Origin: a virus | Taxonomy: Duplodnaviria; Caudoviricetes | DNA length: 32,700 nt | IMG/VR virus record: IMGVR_UViG_3300025288_000064 | Span: 1 to 32,700 of that record | Strand: one strand, 5' to 3' | Shown here: positions 18,116 to 26,335 of the stretch, in pieces | Numbering within the stretch: position 1 is the stretch's first letter | How the letters are laid out: every line of letters begins with the position of its first letter | Notes under the pieces: model-generated | Seen by the model: only the letters and a program-made list of their open reading frames with translations | What the model was told of the DNA's origin: nothing | Database searches by the model: none | Position numbers and translations under genes: made by a program

Positions 18116-19405
18116 TCAAATTTTAGACAAGACAAGCTTTCCTGATCTTTTTTGGCCGATGTAAGTTTCATCATTTGTCGGGAACATGGTTGTAACAGCA
18201 ATTTTCCCATTTACAGCATTGGCAAACACCAAAAGGGTTTTCTTGTCTGGATTGCCATCAGACTCAATTTCAAAGCTCTTCAAAAAATTGAAAACCAGCC
18301 GAACCTTACCGCTGATAGTGTTCTCTTCGAATCGCATCCAGACTTCGTGCGGATCTTCGATGCACTCTCTCACAAGCGGCACATACCTAATGCGGTCTGG
18401 GTCGCTCTTATCTGCGATGATGTGCTTGGCCAAGTAAGTTGGTTCGAGAAGAACGTTGTAATCGAAAGCCTTGGTTTTGCAGGTAAATACAGGTTCTTTC
18501 CCAAGCTCCTGCTCAATGATCTTCACAGCAGCATCCACTGTTTCAACAGTAGGCTGCTTTGGAAGTTCACGTTTTACAAACGGCAAGTCCGGCGGGGGAA
18601 GGGCACTAGATGCAGTCTCGCTTTCTTGCTGAGGAGCCCGATCTTGCTTGTAATCAATTGGCTTCCAGTTTTGAGCACCTGGCTCCATCGGCTCAATTCG
18701 TTTCATGTCGCCAAATGCTGCTTGCCCAGGGTTGTAATCCCATCCAGGATCAATGCCACGAGGCACGCTGACCGTAAGGGCTTCATCGCCATGGCCGATC
18801 ACTTTATCTTGATATTCAATGTCGGGCGCTTTCTCAAGCTTCTTACCTAGTCGCTTGAGATCATGATCCGAACGGGACATCACATCACACGAACATCCCC
18901 AGCCGTTTGGCGGGTAATGGGTGCGCCAAAATGGATCATCTGCCCGTAACACCATGCCATGCAAGCGTAAATGCTCTATTCGCGGATTCTTCGAACCACC
19001 GTGTCGATATTCCCAATAGGGCCGCATTTTCAAAAGGTCAGGGTCGGTCATTTGCTTGTATTGGCCTGCCATATACGAAGTGCGCAGGTTCGTTTCAAAA
19101 ATGACTTTTGCCCGCCAAGCCGGTTTGCCTTTGTGTATCCAGCCGTGCTTTTTGACGATATCGTCGAAGGTGTTCTGGAACTCCTTCAAGCCACCGCCAG
19201 TTGCTATTGCCTTCCCCACTTCTGTTTGAAAATCGCACAAGAGCTGGTCTTTCGTCGCTCCAGCCACCACAAAAGCTCGACTGTGACCACCGCCAAGCAA
19301 GTCAGAATACTTCTTGGTCGGCAGTCTTACTTTCTGCTGGAAGAACTCGATTTGCTCTTTGAACTCTTGGTCAAAGGCAAAGGTGATAGGAGGTTTATTG
19401 CTCAT
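18116..19405 (-). CDS. MuF minor head protein with C-terminal PBECR2-like nuclease domain
   Basis: AFVVAGA, IFETNLRTSY, HYPPNGWGCSC, GIDPGWDYNPG; C terminus KHI...RIRYVPLVRECIEDPHEVW...TTMFP...RSGKLV. Confidence 0.88.
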   Translation of the reverse strand: MSNKPPITFAFDQEFKEQIEFFQQKVRLPTKKYSDLLGGGHSRAFVVAGATKDQLLCDFQTEVGKAIATGGGLKEFQNTFDDIVKKHGWIHKGKPAWRAKVIFETNLRTSYMAGQYKQMTDPDLLKMRPYWEYRHGGSKNPRIEHLRLHGMVLRADDPFWRTHYPPNGWGCSCDVMSRSDHDLKRLGKKLEKAPDIEYQDKVIGHGDEALTVSVPRGIDPGWDYNPGQAAFGDMKRIEPMEPGAQNWKPIDYKQDRAPQQESETASSALPPPDLPFVKRELPKQPTVETVDAAVKIIEQELGKEPVFTCKTKAFDYNVLLEPTYLAKHIIADKSDPDRIRYVPLVRECIEDPHEVWMRFEENTISGKVRLVFNFLKSFEIESDGNPDKKTLLVFANAVNGKIAVTTMFPTNDETYIGQKRSGKLVLSKI

Positions 19406-20864
19406 CAGTTACTTTGACACGGCCCTTCAACTCAGCCAAAACAGCGGCATTCTCCATCAACACTCCCAGCTCTTCCGTGTCGAGTTCGCCATACAGCTCT
19501 AACAGCTTATCCCGAATCTCTTCAAGGCTCTTGGCGTTTTCAATCATTTTTCGCAACGGCTCGATCAGTCTTTCAAGAGCCGGGCCTGATCGTCGTTCAA
19601 GAATTGCCAGAATGTCATCTATACCGCGACTACTTTCAGGAGCTGCAAAACTGGCCGGCTGTTCCGGATCGGCAGTTGCCTTAGCTTCACTCAAGTCGAA
19701 GTCATCCTCTTGGAGGTTGTATTCACGCATGAAGTATTGCTTTTTGAACTTCACTCCGGTCTGTGCGAGGCTTGTATCACGTTCGGCCTTCTGCTTCAGA
19801 TCCTCAGACTCACTGAAGTCGCGCCACAACTCAGGATACGGAGCCCCCGGCATGTTCAGATCAATGATCCACTTGACGAGGGTGTTGTTCAGGCATTCAC
19901 AAAGGCCGTCACCATCGGCTTTAGCGGTTTCAAGTCTTACCTCGTTGCCAACCTGGTCACGGGCACGGCTGCCACTATTACCGCTTTGATTTGTCGTGCC
20001 GGTTTCACCAAGCACGACCTCCGATATTTGCTCATCCATGTAGCGAACAAGCTTTTCATACGTATCGATTCCGCTTTTGGCTGCCTCCAGCAAACTTACA
20101 TCCATGCCTTCTGGGACCATGATTCCCGCATCTTGGGCAATCGCTTCCAACGCAGCTTTCAGCGCGGCCCGTTCGGTCGAAGATGCATTCGGCGGATACT
20201 TGCCTACCGAAGTTGGAGAGCCGTATTTATCACAGAAAACCAACCAAAAGGTAATGCCCTTGCGCTTGAAAAAGATAGGCCAAAATAGGCTGTGCCCAAG
20301 CCCAAAGCCGTAGGGATTATCGTAACGCTCATCGAAGGAGAAACGAATGAATTTTCGTTCAGGTAAAGAGATCCCTTTAAATGGGTGTTCCAAAGTCAAC
20401 AGCCGTAATTCATGCCCTTTATCGTCGGTCATGAATGTAAAGCGCTGCTGTTTACGAAGCTTGATCTGGGCCGGACGAAACTCACTCCCATCGATTACCC
20501 ACATCACTTCTCCCACTGAAAACCCTTTGAGCACGGCATCTAAGAAACCCTCGGTGGTCCGATCGAAACTGATTTTTTTGATGTGCTTTCTCACCAGTTC
20601 GGCGGCGGCTTTTGCCTCCTGGGAGTCATCGGCTTCATTGACGAACCACTCTCTGGATATAACTGCTCGCTTACGCTTAGCTAGAACGGTGCGCACATGG
20701 GCGTCAGTTTCCAGTTCTTCGTAAATACCCAGGCCTTTTCCGCCGCCTTTGGCCACCAAAACTCGATCGGTGTTGGGAAGCACCCCGCCAAATAGCGGAA
20801 TCTCCTCGCGAATGTGGGCAATCTCCACCTTCAAATCTTTGGGTAGATTCTTCGTCTTTGGCAT
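19395..20864 (-). CDS. Portal protein (Mu gp29, DUF935)
   Basis: NPYGFGL, FCDKYGSP, DEQISEVVLGET; ATG at 20864 with GGAGG. Confidence 0.94.
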   Translation of the reverse strand: MPKTKNLPKDLKVEIAHIREEIPLFGGVLPNTDRVLVAKGGGKGLGIYEELETDAHVRTVLAKRKRAVISREWFVNEADDSQEAKAAAELVRKHIKKISFDRTTEGFLDAVLKGFSVGEVMWVIDGSEFRPAQIKLRKQQRFTFMTDDKGHELRLLTLEHPFKGISLPERKFIRFSFDERYDNPYGFGLGHSLFWPIFFKRKGITFWLVFCDKYGSPTSVGKYPPNASSTERAALKAALEAIAQDAGIMVPEGMDVSLLEAAKSGIDTYEKLVRYMDEQISEVVLGETGTTNQSGNSGSRARDQVGNEVRLETAKADGDGLCECLNNTLVKWIIDLNMPGAPYPELWRDFSESEDLKQKAERDTSLAQTGVKFKKQYFMREYNLQEDDFDLSEAKATADPEQPASFAAPESSRGIDDILAILERRSGPALERLIEPLRKMIENAKSLEEIRDKLLELYGELDTEELGVLMENAAVLAELKGRVKVTDEQ

Positions 20865-20866
20865 GC

Positions 20867-22189
20867 TCAACCTCCGTTAAAATCGGCCATTCCGGCCTTG
20901 CTGCACTCACGCTTCCCGATGCTCTCAAACTCAATGGTAAAGGTAGGCGTTATGGCAGCGTTCAGGGCAAGAAAGCAAGCCCAGGTTCTATCAGCATGGC
21001 CGTCGCTGTCTGAATCGGCCAGAAATCTTGGTGCGCCCGTTGCTGAAGCAACTCTCTTCAGTTTGTGTAGATCATCGCGCAAGGACCGATCGCCCCTGGG
21101 AATTCTGATACGTTTGTCCTGAAAGCTTTCCTTGCCCGTTGTTGCCAAGGCCAGCTTTGTAGCCATATTGAACAAGACGCCCTCGACCCTTAGAGATCCA
21201 TAACGCCTCTTAGCATCTTCAACCGGCTTCTCGCCCATGCCGGTCTGATCAATGCACACTCTTATCACGCGATATTTACGCATGACTCGATCAAGTAACG
21301 CATCCTGCTCAGCAAATGAAATTCCCTTCTTTGCAATGATTTCGCGTGTCCAAAACACGTCACCAACCTGCTCTAAAACCCAAATGACAAAAAGATCGTT
21401 TCGGGCGGAAATATCCACGCCCACAAAGCACACGCCCCCGGCATACAAGTCAGGCTCACCGGCACTCTCATGCTCAACACTGTTGATCAAATCGTAAGGC
21501 AACCATGACGAGGCCTCATCAAGCCATTGCAATTCGTATTCCTGAGCCCATGAGTCAACATCACCAAGACCAGACTTCAGCTCTTCGATATCTCGTGGCA
21601 ATCCGTCTGCAACGGCCTGGTAGATGTCTGTCGTCTGGCGATACCAGATCTTGTATTCCTGGCTGGTCATCAGTTCATAAAACTTGTTTCCCTTGCCGTT
21701 TGGTGTCGAGACTACTCGCAATTTCAGACCCGGTTTGGAAATGACCGGGAACAGAGCCCGCCAAATTTCTTTAGAGTCCCGATGGAACGCAAACTCATCA
21801 AGAAATACGTTGGCTGAAAAACCACGGGCGGTATCTGGATTAGCAGGCAAAGCAGTGATTTTCGAACCTTTTGGGGTCGTTATTTCAAGCGCTGCATACG
21901 AAACTTTGTCGGCTTTAAATTCGCTTTCCATGGCTTCACATGCCAACCCGTAAGCTTGCATGTGGACCTTTACGCCTTCGTTTATCGCCTCTTTTGCTTG
22001 GCGCTCTCCGCGAGATAAAATTACCCATCTGGAGCGTCTTCCCAGAGCTTCGGCTTCCATCACATCATCGACAATCTCCAGGGTTGTGGTAAACGTTTTG
22101 CCGGTCTGGCGGGCGAACATGCCCACCTTGAACCGGCTTTTGTTAAGAAACCAACGTCTTTGATAGTCATATAGCTCGATGGCGCTCAT
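20867..22189 (-). CDS. terL: Terminase large subunit (Mu gp28-like)
   Basis: Walker A ARQTGKT, Walker B VFLDEFAF, STPNG, nuclease motifs VGVDI and HADRTWA. Confidence 0.96.
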   Translation of the reverse strand: MSAIELYDYQRRWFLNKSRFKVGMFARQTGKTFTTTLEIVDDVMEAEALGRRSRWVILSRGERQAKEAINEGVKVHMQAYGLACEAMESEFKADKVSYAALEITTPKGSKITALPANPDTARGFSANVFLDEFAFHRDSKEIWRALFPVISKPGLKLRVVSTPNGKGNKFYELMTSQEYKIWYRQTTDIYQAVADGLPRDIEELKSGLGDVDSWAQEYELQWLDEASSWLPYDLINSVEHESAGEPDLYAGGVCFVGVDISARNDLFVIWVLEQVGDVFWTREIIAKKGISFAEQDALLDRVMRKYRVIRVCIDQTGMGEKPVEDAKRRYGSLRVEGVLFNMATKLALATTGKESFQDKRIRIPRGDRSLRDDLHKLKRVASATGAPRFLADSDSDGHADRTWACFLALNAAITPTFTIEFESIGKRECSKAGMADFNGG

Positions 22190-22713
22190 TTTACAATTCC
22201 GTAGACCTCTTCCCGAACTCGGCGTAGCGTCTCTGAGTCGAGGTTGTTTTTGCCATCCTTTGAATCAGCTTCGAGGGTCTTCAAGCGCTCGTCAAGCTTA
22301 CTCTTAACTTCGGCAGCAAATTTCTTGATAGCGATGGAGGCCTTGTTGACATGGCCGATCATGTGACCCAGGTCGGTGAGCTTCACCTTCTCGGGGTCGA
22401 TCTCCATTTTGGTCAGCACTTCGAAGCTCTTTTGCTGAACCAAGCGAGTTAGAGCCTCACCAAAGTTATTGGCTTCATCGGGGCAGGCATCGACTACGGC
22501 TTTGGCCATCTCGGTGGACATTTTCATAGCTTGCAGCGACTCTTCAAAAGCGGAGCCGTAACGGTGTAGACTGCTCTTGCTGATACTGAAACCCTTCTCA
22601 GCTAAGGCAGCGGCAAGAGCCTCGTAGCCGGAGAAATCCGACTCAACAAGGCTCTTGTCGATCCATTCTTTTACCTCATTCGGTAATGTGCTTACTACGC
22701 TTCGTTTTGGCAT
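22186..22713 (-). CDS. Mu gp27-like small terminase (DUF3486)
   Basis: LPNEVKEWIDKSL...FSGYEAL...ISKSSLHRYG; C-terminal VREEVYGI. Confidence 0.9.
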   Translation of the reverse strand: MPKRSVVSTLPNEVKEWIDKSLVESDFSGYEALAAALAEKGFSISKSSLHRYGSAFEESLQAMKMSTEMAKAVVDACPDEANNFGEALTRLVQQKSFEVLTKMEIDPEKVKLTDLGHMIGHVNKASIAIKKFAAEVKSKLDERLKTLEADSKDGKNNLDSETLRRVREEVYGIVK

Positions 22714-22715
22714 GA

Positions 22716-23018
22716 TTACCACTTCGCAATGCCGGGAGGGGCTTTAACCGTTCCTTCGACCACATCAATACCGAGGGACGTGATAAACGCATACCAGGAG
22801 TTTGCTTCACGATCTTCGATTCTGATCAGGCCTTTCTTTTCAAGGTAATCGAGGTATCGCCGAATATCGTGGGGCAGAGTTGGATAGCGCTCTGCTTGTA
22901 GCCCTCGCAGAATAAGACCTTCACTTGTGCCCACGTCAGCCGAGTAATTCAACAGTCGCAACACGTAGCGTCGTTCGGATTCAACTCTAGTCCGCTCTAA
23001 ATCACTGAGCCCTGGCAT
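22716..23018 (-). CDS. Mu gp26-like winged-helix protein
   Basis: RRYVLRLL...LDYLEKKGLI...ITSLGIDVVEG...PGI. Confidence 0.85.
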   Translation of the reverse strand: MPGLSDLERTRVESERRYVLRLLNYSADVGTSEGLILRGLQAERYPTLPHDIRRYLDYLEKKGLIRIEDREANSWYAFITSLGIDVVEGTVKAPPGIAKW

Positions 23019-23361
23019 AGAGGACCTCCTTTCTCAATTCATCGAATTTGTCACCGATGGCGGCTTGCATGTCATCGATCTTCTTCCCGATGGAAGCAAA
23101 GTTCATATGGCATTCGTCTTGGCAGCGCTGAAATTGGGCATGCCGAACATAGGTAACAGGAAGATCACGCTGAAGCTTGGATACTTCGCTCTTGACACCT
23201 TCAACTTCCTTTTTAAGATCTCTGAATTCTTTGTATAGGTCCTCCCCTTGCTTGTGCTGGCTTTCAAGGTTGCGATCTAGAAGCCACTTGATAACCCCGA
23301 TCAGGAACCCGGTCCAGGCCAGAAACAATGTGATCGATACGCCAACGGTTGCTGCGGTCAT
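23002..23361 (-). CDS. Mu gp25-like membrane-anchored coiled-coil protein
   Basis: N-terminal hydrophobic segment, coiled coil, LPVTYVR motif, position before gp26. Confidence 0.75.
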   Translation of the reverse strand: MTAATVGVSITLFLAWTGFLIGVIKWLLDRNLESQHKQGEDLYKEFRDLKKEVEGVKSEVSKLQRDLPVTYVRHAQFQRCQDECHMNFASIGKKIDDMQAAIGDKFDELRKEVLYARAQ

Positions 23362-23393
23362 TTTATCTCTCCGTTATTGGTCTTTGGTGTAGT

Positions 23394-23432
23394 CCACCTT
23401 GCGGGTGAGGGCGTGCCTAACCCGCAAGATAG
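23394..23432 (-). other. Long intergenic stem-loop between lysis and packaging genes
   Basis: CTTGCGGGT (23398-23406) pairs with ACCCGCAAG (23420-23428); no U-tract on - strand. Confidence 0.55.
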
Positions 23433-23440
23433 TTAAGGGT

Positions 23441-24043
23441 TTAGGGCAATCTCAGCTTAGCTTGTCGCTCAATGGAGTCGAGGATGAGCTGCTTCTTTTG
23501 CTCTTCGGTGATCGGCTCTTCGTCTTTCAGAACTATACCGGCAGCAGCAGCCTTGATATTGGCATCGATCATCGCTTCATCTACTGGACAATCTTCGAGG
23601 TTGACGGCATATTCCTTCGAAAGCTCGGCCTTGACAAGGCGCTTCGCCAGCATGTGTTTTACATCATTGTAGATCAGCGCAAGCTCAGGGCTCATTTCGG
23701 ATGTCACAACCTCAGCCAAATTAAGACCGTCAATCTCTTCATGCAGCTTCACGCGCTTTGCGGCGTCATCCAAGTCTCTGACGGCATCCAGAACACGCCG
23801 CCAGAACTCTTTTGTTTTAGCTTTTGAATCGACTCTGCCTACCATCGCGGTTACGATGCGGCCATACAAGTTTTGAAGAGTATCGGGGATATCCAAACCG
23901 GTTTTTTCTTCAAACTTGTCGTCAAGCTCGGTCAGGAAAGACGCTACGGCTGCCTTGTTCTTTGTCCAGGCTTTGGCCAGGTAATCGGCCAAAGTAACAA
24001 GGGCTTGCCTGAAGAAGAAGGACCGAAAAATTTTAGCAAACAT
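23441..24043 (-). CDS. Hypothetical protein in lysis module (200 aa)
   Basis: ATG at 24043 with AAAGGAGA; upstream extension in the ORF track overlaps the endolysin and is unlikely. Confidence 0.75.
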   Translation of the reverse strand: MFAKIFRSFFFRQALVTLADYLAKAWTKNKAAVASFLTELDDKFEEKTGLDIPDTLQNLYGRIVTAMVGRVDSKAKTKEFWRRVLDAVRDLDDAAKRVKLHEEIDGLNLAEVVTSEMSPELALIYNDVKHMLAKRLVKAELSKEYAVNLEDCPVDEAMIDANIKAAAAGIVLKDEEPITEEQKKQLILDSIERQAKLRLP

Positions 24044-24101
24044 AAATTCTCCTTTAGCGGGACTCTGCCCGCTTGATAGAGTCTGTGGAAAGGCTCCACC
24101 G

Positions 24102-24494
24102 TTAACGAATGTAGAAATGGGGTTTATCAACGAAGGATTCCCAGTTGCCACCCCACTTGAGGCCGACATCATTGGCAATGCAGCCCATGACATTCCAGAG
24201 CGCGGGATCACTCCAGACCAACTCTTTACCACGACGCGGAACGGCATCAAACGCCTTCGCGGCGGGTTTACCGTCAGGATCAACACAATTATGGCTGCTG
24301 TGTCCCCCCCGAGCGTTGGTTACAATATTACCGGGTTTGGTTCGGCCCTGGGCGTATAGGCCGTCCTGCTCTTCGTTCGACCGGTAGGTCATATAGATCA
24401 GCACATCAATACCCTCAGCCTTGCATTCTTCAAGAAACTTTCGCGCCAACGGCTGCAAGTCCGGGTGCAGATCTTCAATCCTTCTACTTGCCAT
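24102..24494 (-). CDS. Endolysin, M15 family L-Ala-D-Glu peptidase
   Basis: YRSNEEQDGLYAQGRT, SSHN, AFD, WGGNW...DKPHF. Confidence 0.94.
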   Translation of the reverse strand: MASRRIEDLHPDLQPLARKFLEECKAEGIDVLIYMTYRSNEEQDGLYAQGRTKPGNIVTNARGGHSSHNCVDPDGKPAAKAFDAVPRRGKELVWSDPALWNVMGCIANDVGLKWGGNWESFVDKPHFYIR

Positions 24495-24530
24495 ATTCAC
24501 CTCCTTCAGTTTGGTAAAAGCTCAGTCCCA

Positions 24531-24574
24531 CTAATACCAACTAAGAGCCAATCCAAACAGGTGAAACGTTTCAC
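24531..24574 (-). promoter_or_regulatory. Late promoter for lysis/packaging operon: GTGAAACGTTTCAC (24561-24574) and -10-like TATTAG
   Basis: Matches the site at 17316; lies directly after the middle-operon terminator. Confidence 0.8.
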
Positions 24575-24577
24575 AGG

Positions 24578-24616
24578 AAAGCAAAGCACCCGCCTCGATC
24601 GAGGCGGGTGCTTTGC
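24578..24616 (-). terminator. Intrinsic terminator ending the early/middle operon
   Basis: Perfect 36-bp palindrome GCAAAGCACCCGCCTCGA-TCGAGGCGGGTGCTTTGC at 24581-24616, then TTT on - strand. Confidence 0.85.
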
Positions 24617-24638
24617 GTAAACAGCGGTTGAAAGATTC

Positions 24639-25064
24639 TTACGTTCCCGGCTCTCCTTTGGCCAGCTCAAGCTCTTTGATTTTCTTGAACTGGTTTACCA
24701 GAGTTTTGGCTCTGGGCCAGCAGGTAGAGTAATAGACCATCTTCTTGTCAAGGTTTGGAAAGGTTTTGATAGCGCCCTTTTTGCCGAAACCCTTTATGAT
24801 TATCCTTTTCTCCTTTGGCGGATAAAAGCTTCGTTCCTTCCTGTGCCAAAACTTTTCAATGAGTGGGTTGTAGTCTTTATCTTCAGGCTTGCAACTCCAT
24901 TTGCCGTTTATCCAGCCATTGAGATAAACGGCCAGCTCAGATCTACCCTCTGAGACAAAGCCTCTTTGCACGGTGATTTTGTCCGTTCCAAGTTGGAAAG
25001 AAATGGAAGCAAACATCCCTTTCAGCCTTGTTTCTATGTCCTGCCATTGCTCTTTTGTGATCAT
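24639..25064 (-). CDS. Conserved phage hypothetical protein (141 aa, MITKEQWQDIE...)
   Basis: ATG at 25064 with AAAGGAAG; LAVYLNGWING motif seen in transposable-phage middle regions. Confidence 0.78.
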   Translation of the reverse strand: MITKEQWQDIETRLKGMFASISFQLGTDKITVQRGFVSEGRSELAVYLNGWINGKWSCKPEDKDYNPLIEKFWHRKERSFYPPKEKRIIIKGFGKKGAIKTFPNLDKKMVYYSTCWPRAKTLVNQFKKIKELELAKGEPGT

Positions 25065-25086
25065 CGATCTTCCTTTCCTGGAAGTG

Positions 25087-25104
25087 TAGTCAAACCAAGT
25101 GTCC
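25087..25104 (-). repeat. Internal exact copy of terminal repeat GGACACTTGGTTTGACTA, inverted relative to the end array
   Basis: 18/18 identity with 85-102 and 109-126. Confidence 0.9.
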
Positions 25105-25147
25105 ATCATGTCGATAAGGCATAAAACAATCATTTCGAGAGGTGAAA

Positions 25148-25597
25148 ATGTCTGAAACAATTACGGTCGCAACAGTTAACGCAGGAATTCCAGAAGAATT
25201 CAGACCATTCTTTCGAATCTCTTCTATGCCTGCAAAAGATGCAGCAATACCCTTTTTTGAGGCGTTTTGGTTTGCCATAAAAATCTTTGCCCCCAAGATA
25301 AAACTCGTTCGGCCAATGCAAACCATAATCAGCACTTCTCCATTCGAATTTGAACTAAACCATTGCTCTTTCACGGTTACTACAAATAAGAGCGTTATCA
25401 ACATGGTTGCGGAAAACCTAGTTTTTCTTGATGTTGTGAAAACAATGAGATATCCAGGGGCAATTCGGGTTGCTGTCATTCTGGAAGAATTTGTTCATGC
25501 CTACATGAATGTTACGGATGAAGATTTGACAAAAAGAATCGTTACGAATTTTTATGATGCTGTGACTCTTGTAGATGGCTGTTACGCAGAGGCTTAG
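25148..25597 (+). CDS. Moron-like gene, possible zincin-like protein with EExxH motif
   Basis: Only credible + strand gene; RBS GAGGTG; visibly AT-rich; LEEFVHA at 25481-25501. Confidence 0.75.
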   Translation: MSETITVATVNAGIPEEFRPFFRISSMPAKDAAIPFFEAFWFAIKIFAPKIKLVRPMQTIISTSPFEFELNHCSFTVTTNKSVINMVAENLVFLDVVKTMRYPGAIRVAVILEEFVHAYMNVTDEDLTKRIVTNFYDAVTLVDGCYAEA

Positions 25598-25703
25598 GTG
25601 TCCATATTCTACCCTCTAGTAAACCGTGACAGTAAATGTTGGATGCATCTATTTTGGCACCAGCAACGAAGATCTCTTTCTTTGTTAATTTCTTTTTAGT
25701 CAT
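25542..25703 (-). pseudogene. Small phage ORF (MTKKKLTKKEIF...) apparently interrupted by the moron
   Basis: Strong RBS AAGGAGA; 3' end runs into the + strand gene past the GTGTCCAT repeat. Confidence 0.45.
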
Positions 25704-25731
25704 TGGGTTTTCTCCTTTTTGGTGGTTATTC

Positions 25732-25806
25732 TTAAAGTTCGTCTTCATCGGTTGCGATTAGGGCCATAAGCCCCAGCAAGCACATGCAATAAGCAAACGT
25801 AATCAT
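25732..25806 (-). CDS. Putative 24-aa hydrophobic peptide (MITFAYCMCLLGLMALIATDEDEL)
   Basis: ATGA overlap with upstream stop; RBS GAGGGGGA. Confidence 0.45.
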   Translation of the reverse strand: MITFAYCMCLLGLMALIATDEDEL

Positions 25807-25958
25807 TCGTCTTTTATCCCCCTCAACTCCTGCAATGCTTTCAGGGCCTTTTTGGCACGCTCGTCATCGCTCTGCAACAACTCCCTGATGCAGTAGTTCA
25901 CAACGCGGAACACCTCATCAATTCGTTCTTCCGATACCGCCGGGATCTCAACACCCAT
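25803..25958 (-). CDS. Hypothetical protein (51 aa)
   Basis: ATG at 25958 with GAGGAGG; tightly packed in operon. Confidence 0.6.
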   Translation of the reverse strand: MGVEIPAVSEERIDEVFRVVNYCIRELLQSDDERAKKALKALQELRGIKDE

Positions 25959-26325
25959 CGCTTTCCTCCTCATCGCTCGACCTGAAAAGATCAAGCTGTT
26001 CTGGCACTTCGATACCGTCTCTCACACCTTTCAATATCTGGTAAATTCGGCGGGTGGTGATCCCGTATTTCTCGCAGACATCCCGCATAGAGCAGGTTTT
26101 GAGCATTTCAATAATCTTCAGGTCGCGCTTCGAGAACTCGGCAGCCAGGAACTTGGGCAAGTAGATCGTTTCGCCCCCGAAGGTATGTCGGAGCACATCA
26201 GCACAATCAACGCCGATTTCGGCTGCTGTCCCGTCATCGATACCGCGTTCCATCAATCGATTGCTGACTGTTTCAGCAATGGTCAAAAGGATCTCCGGCA
26301 ATTCCTTAGGGTGTCTGCTCACCAA
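25948..26325 (-). CDS. mor: Mor/C family transcription activator
   Basis: FGGETIYLPK...RDLKI...KYGITTRRIYQILK. Confidence 0.93.
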   Translation of the reverse strand: MVSRHPKELPEILLTIAETVSNRLMERGIDDGTAAEIGVDCADVLRHTFGGETIYLPKFLAAEFSKRDLKIIEMLKTCSMRDVCEKYGITTRRIYQILKGVRDGIEVPEQLDLFRSSDEEESDGC

Positions 26326-26335
26326 GAGCCTCCCT

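Noticed and set aside
18022-18210. 62-aa ORF as MuF immunity protein
   Set aside because: Overlaps MuF by about 95 nt, has no clear RBS, and spans the structured spacer
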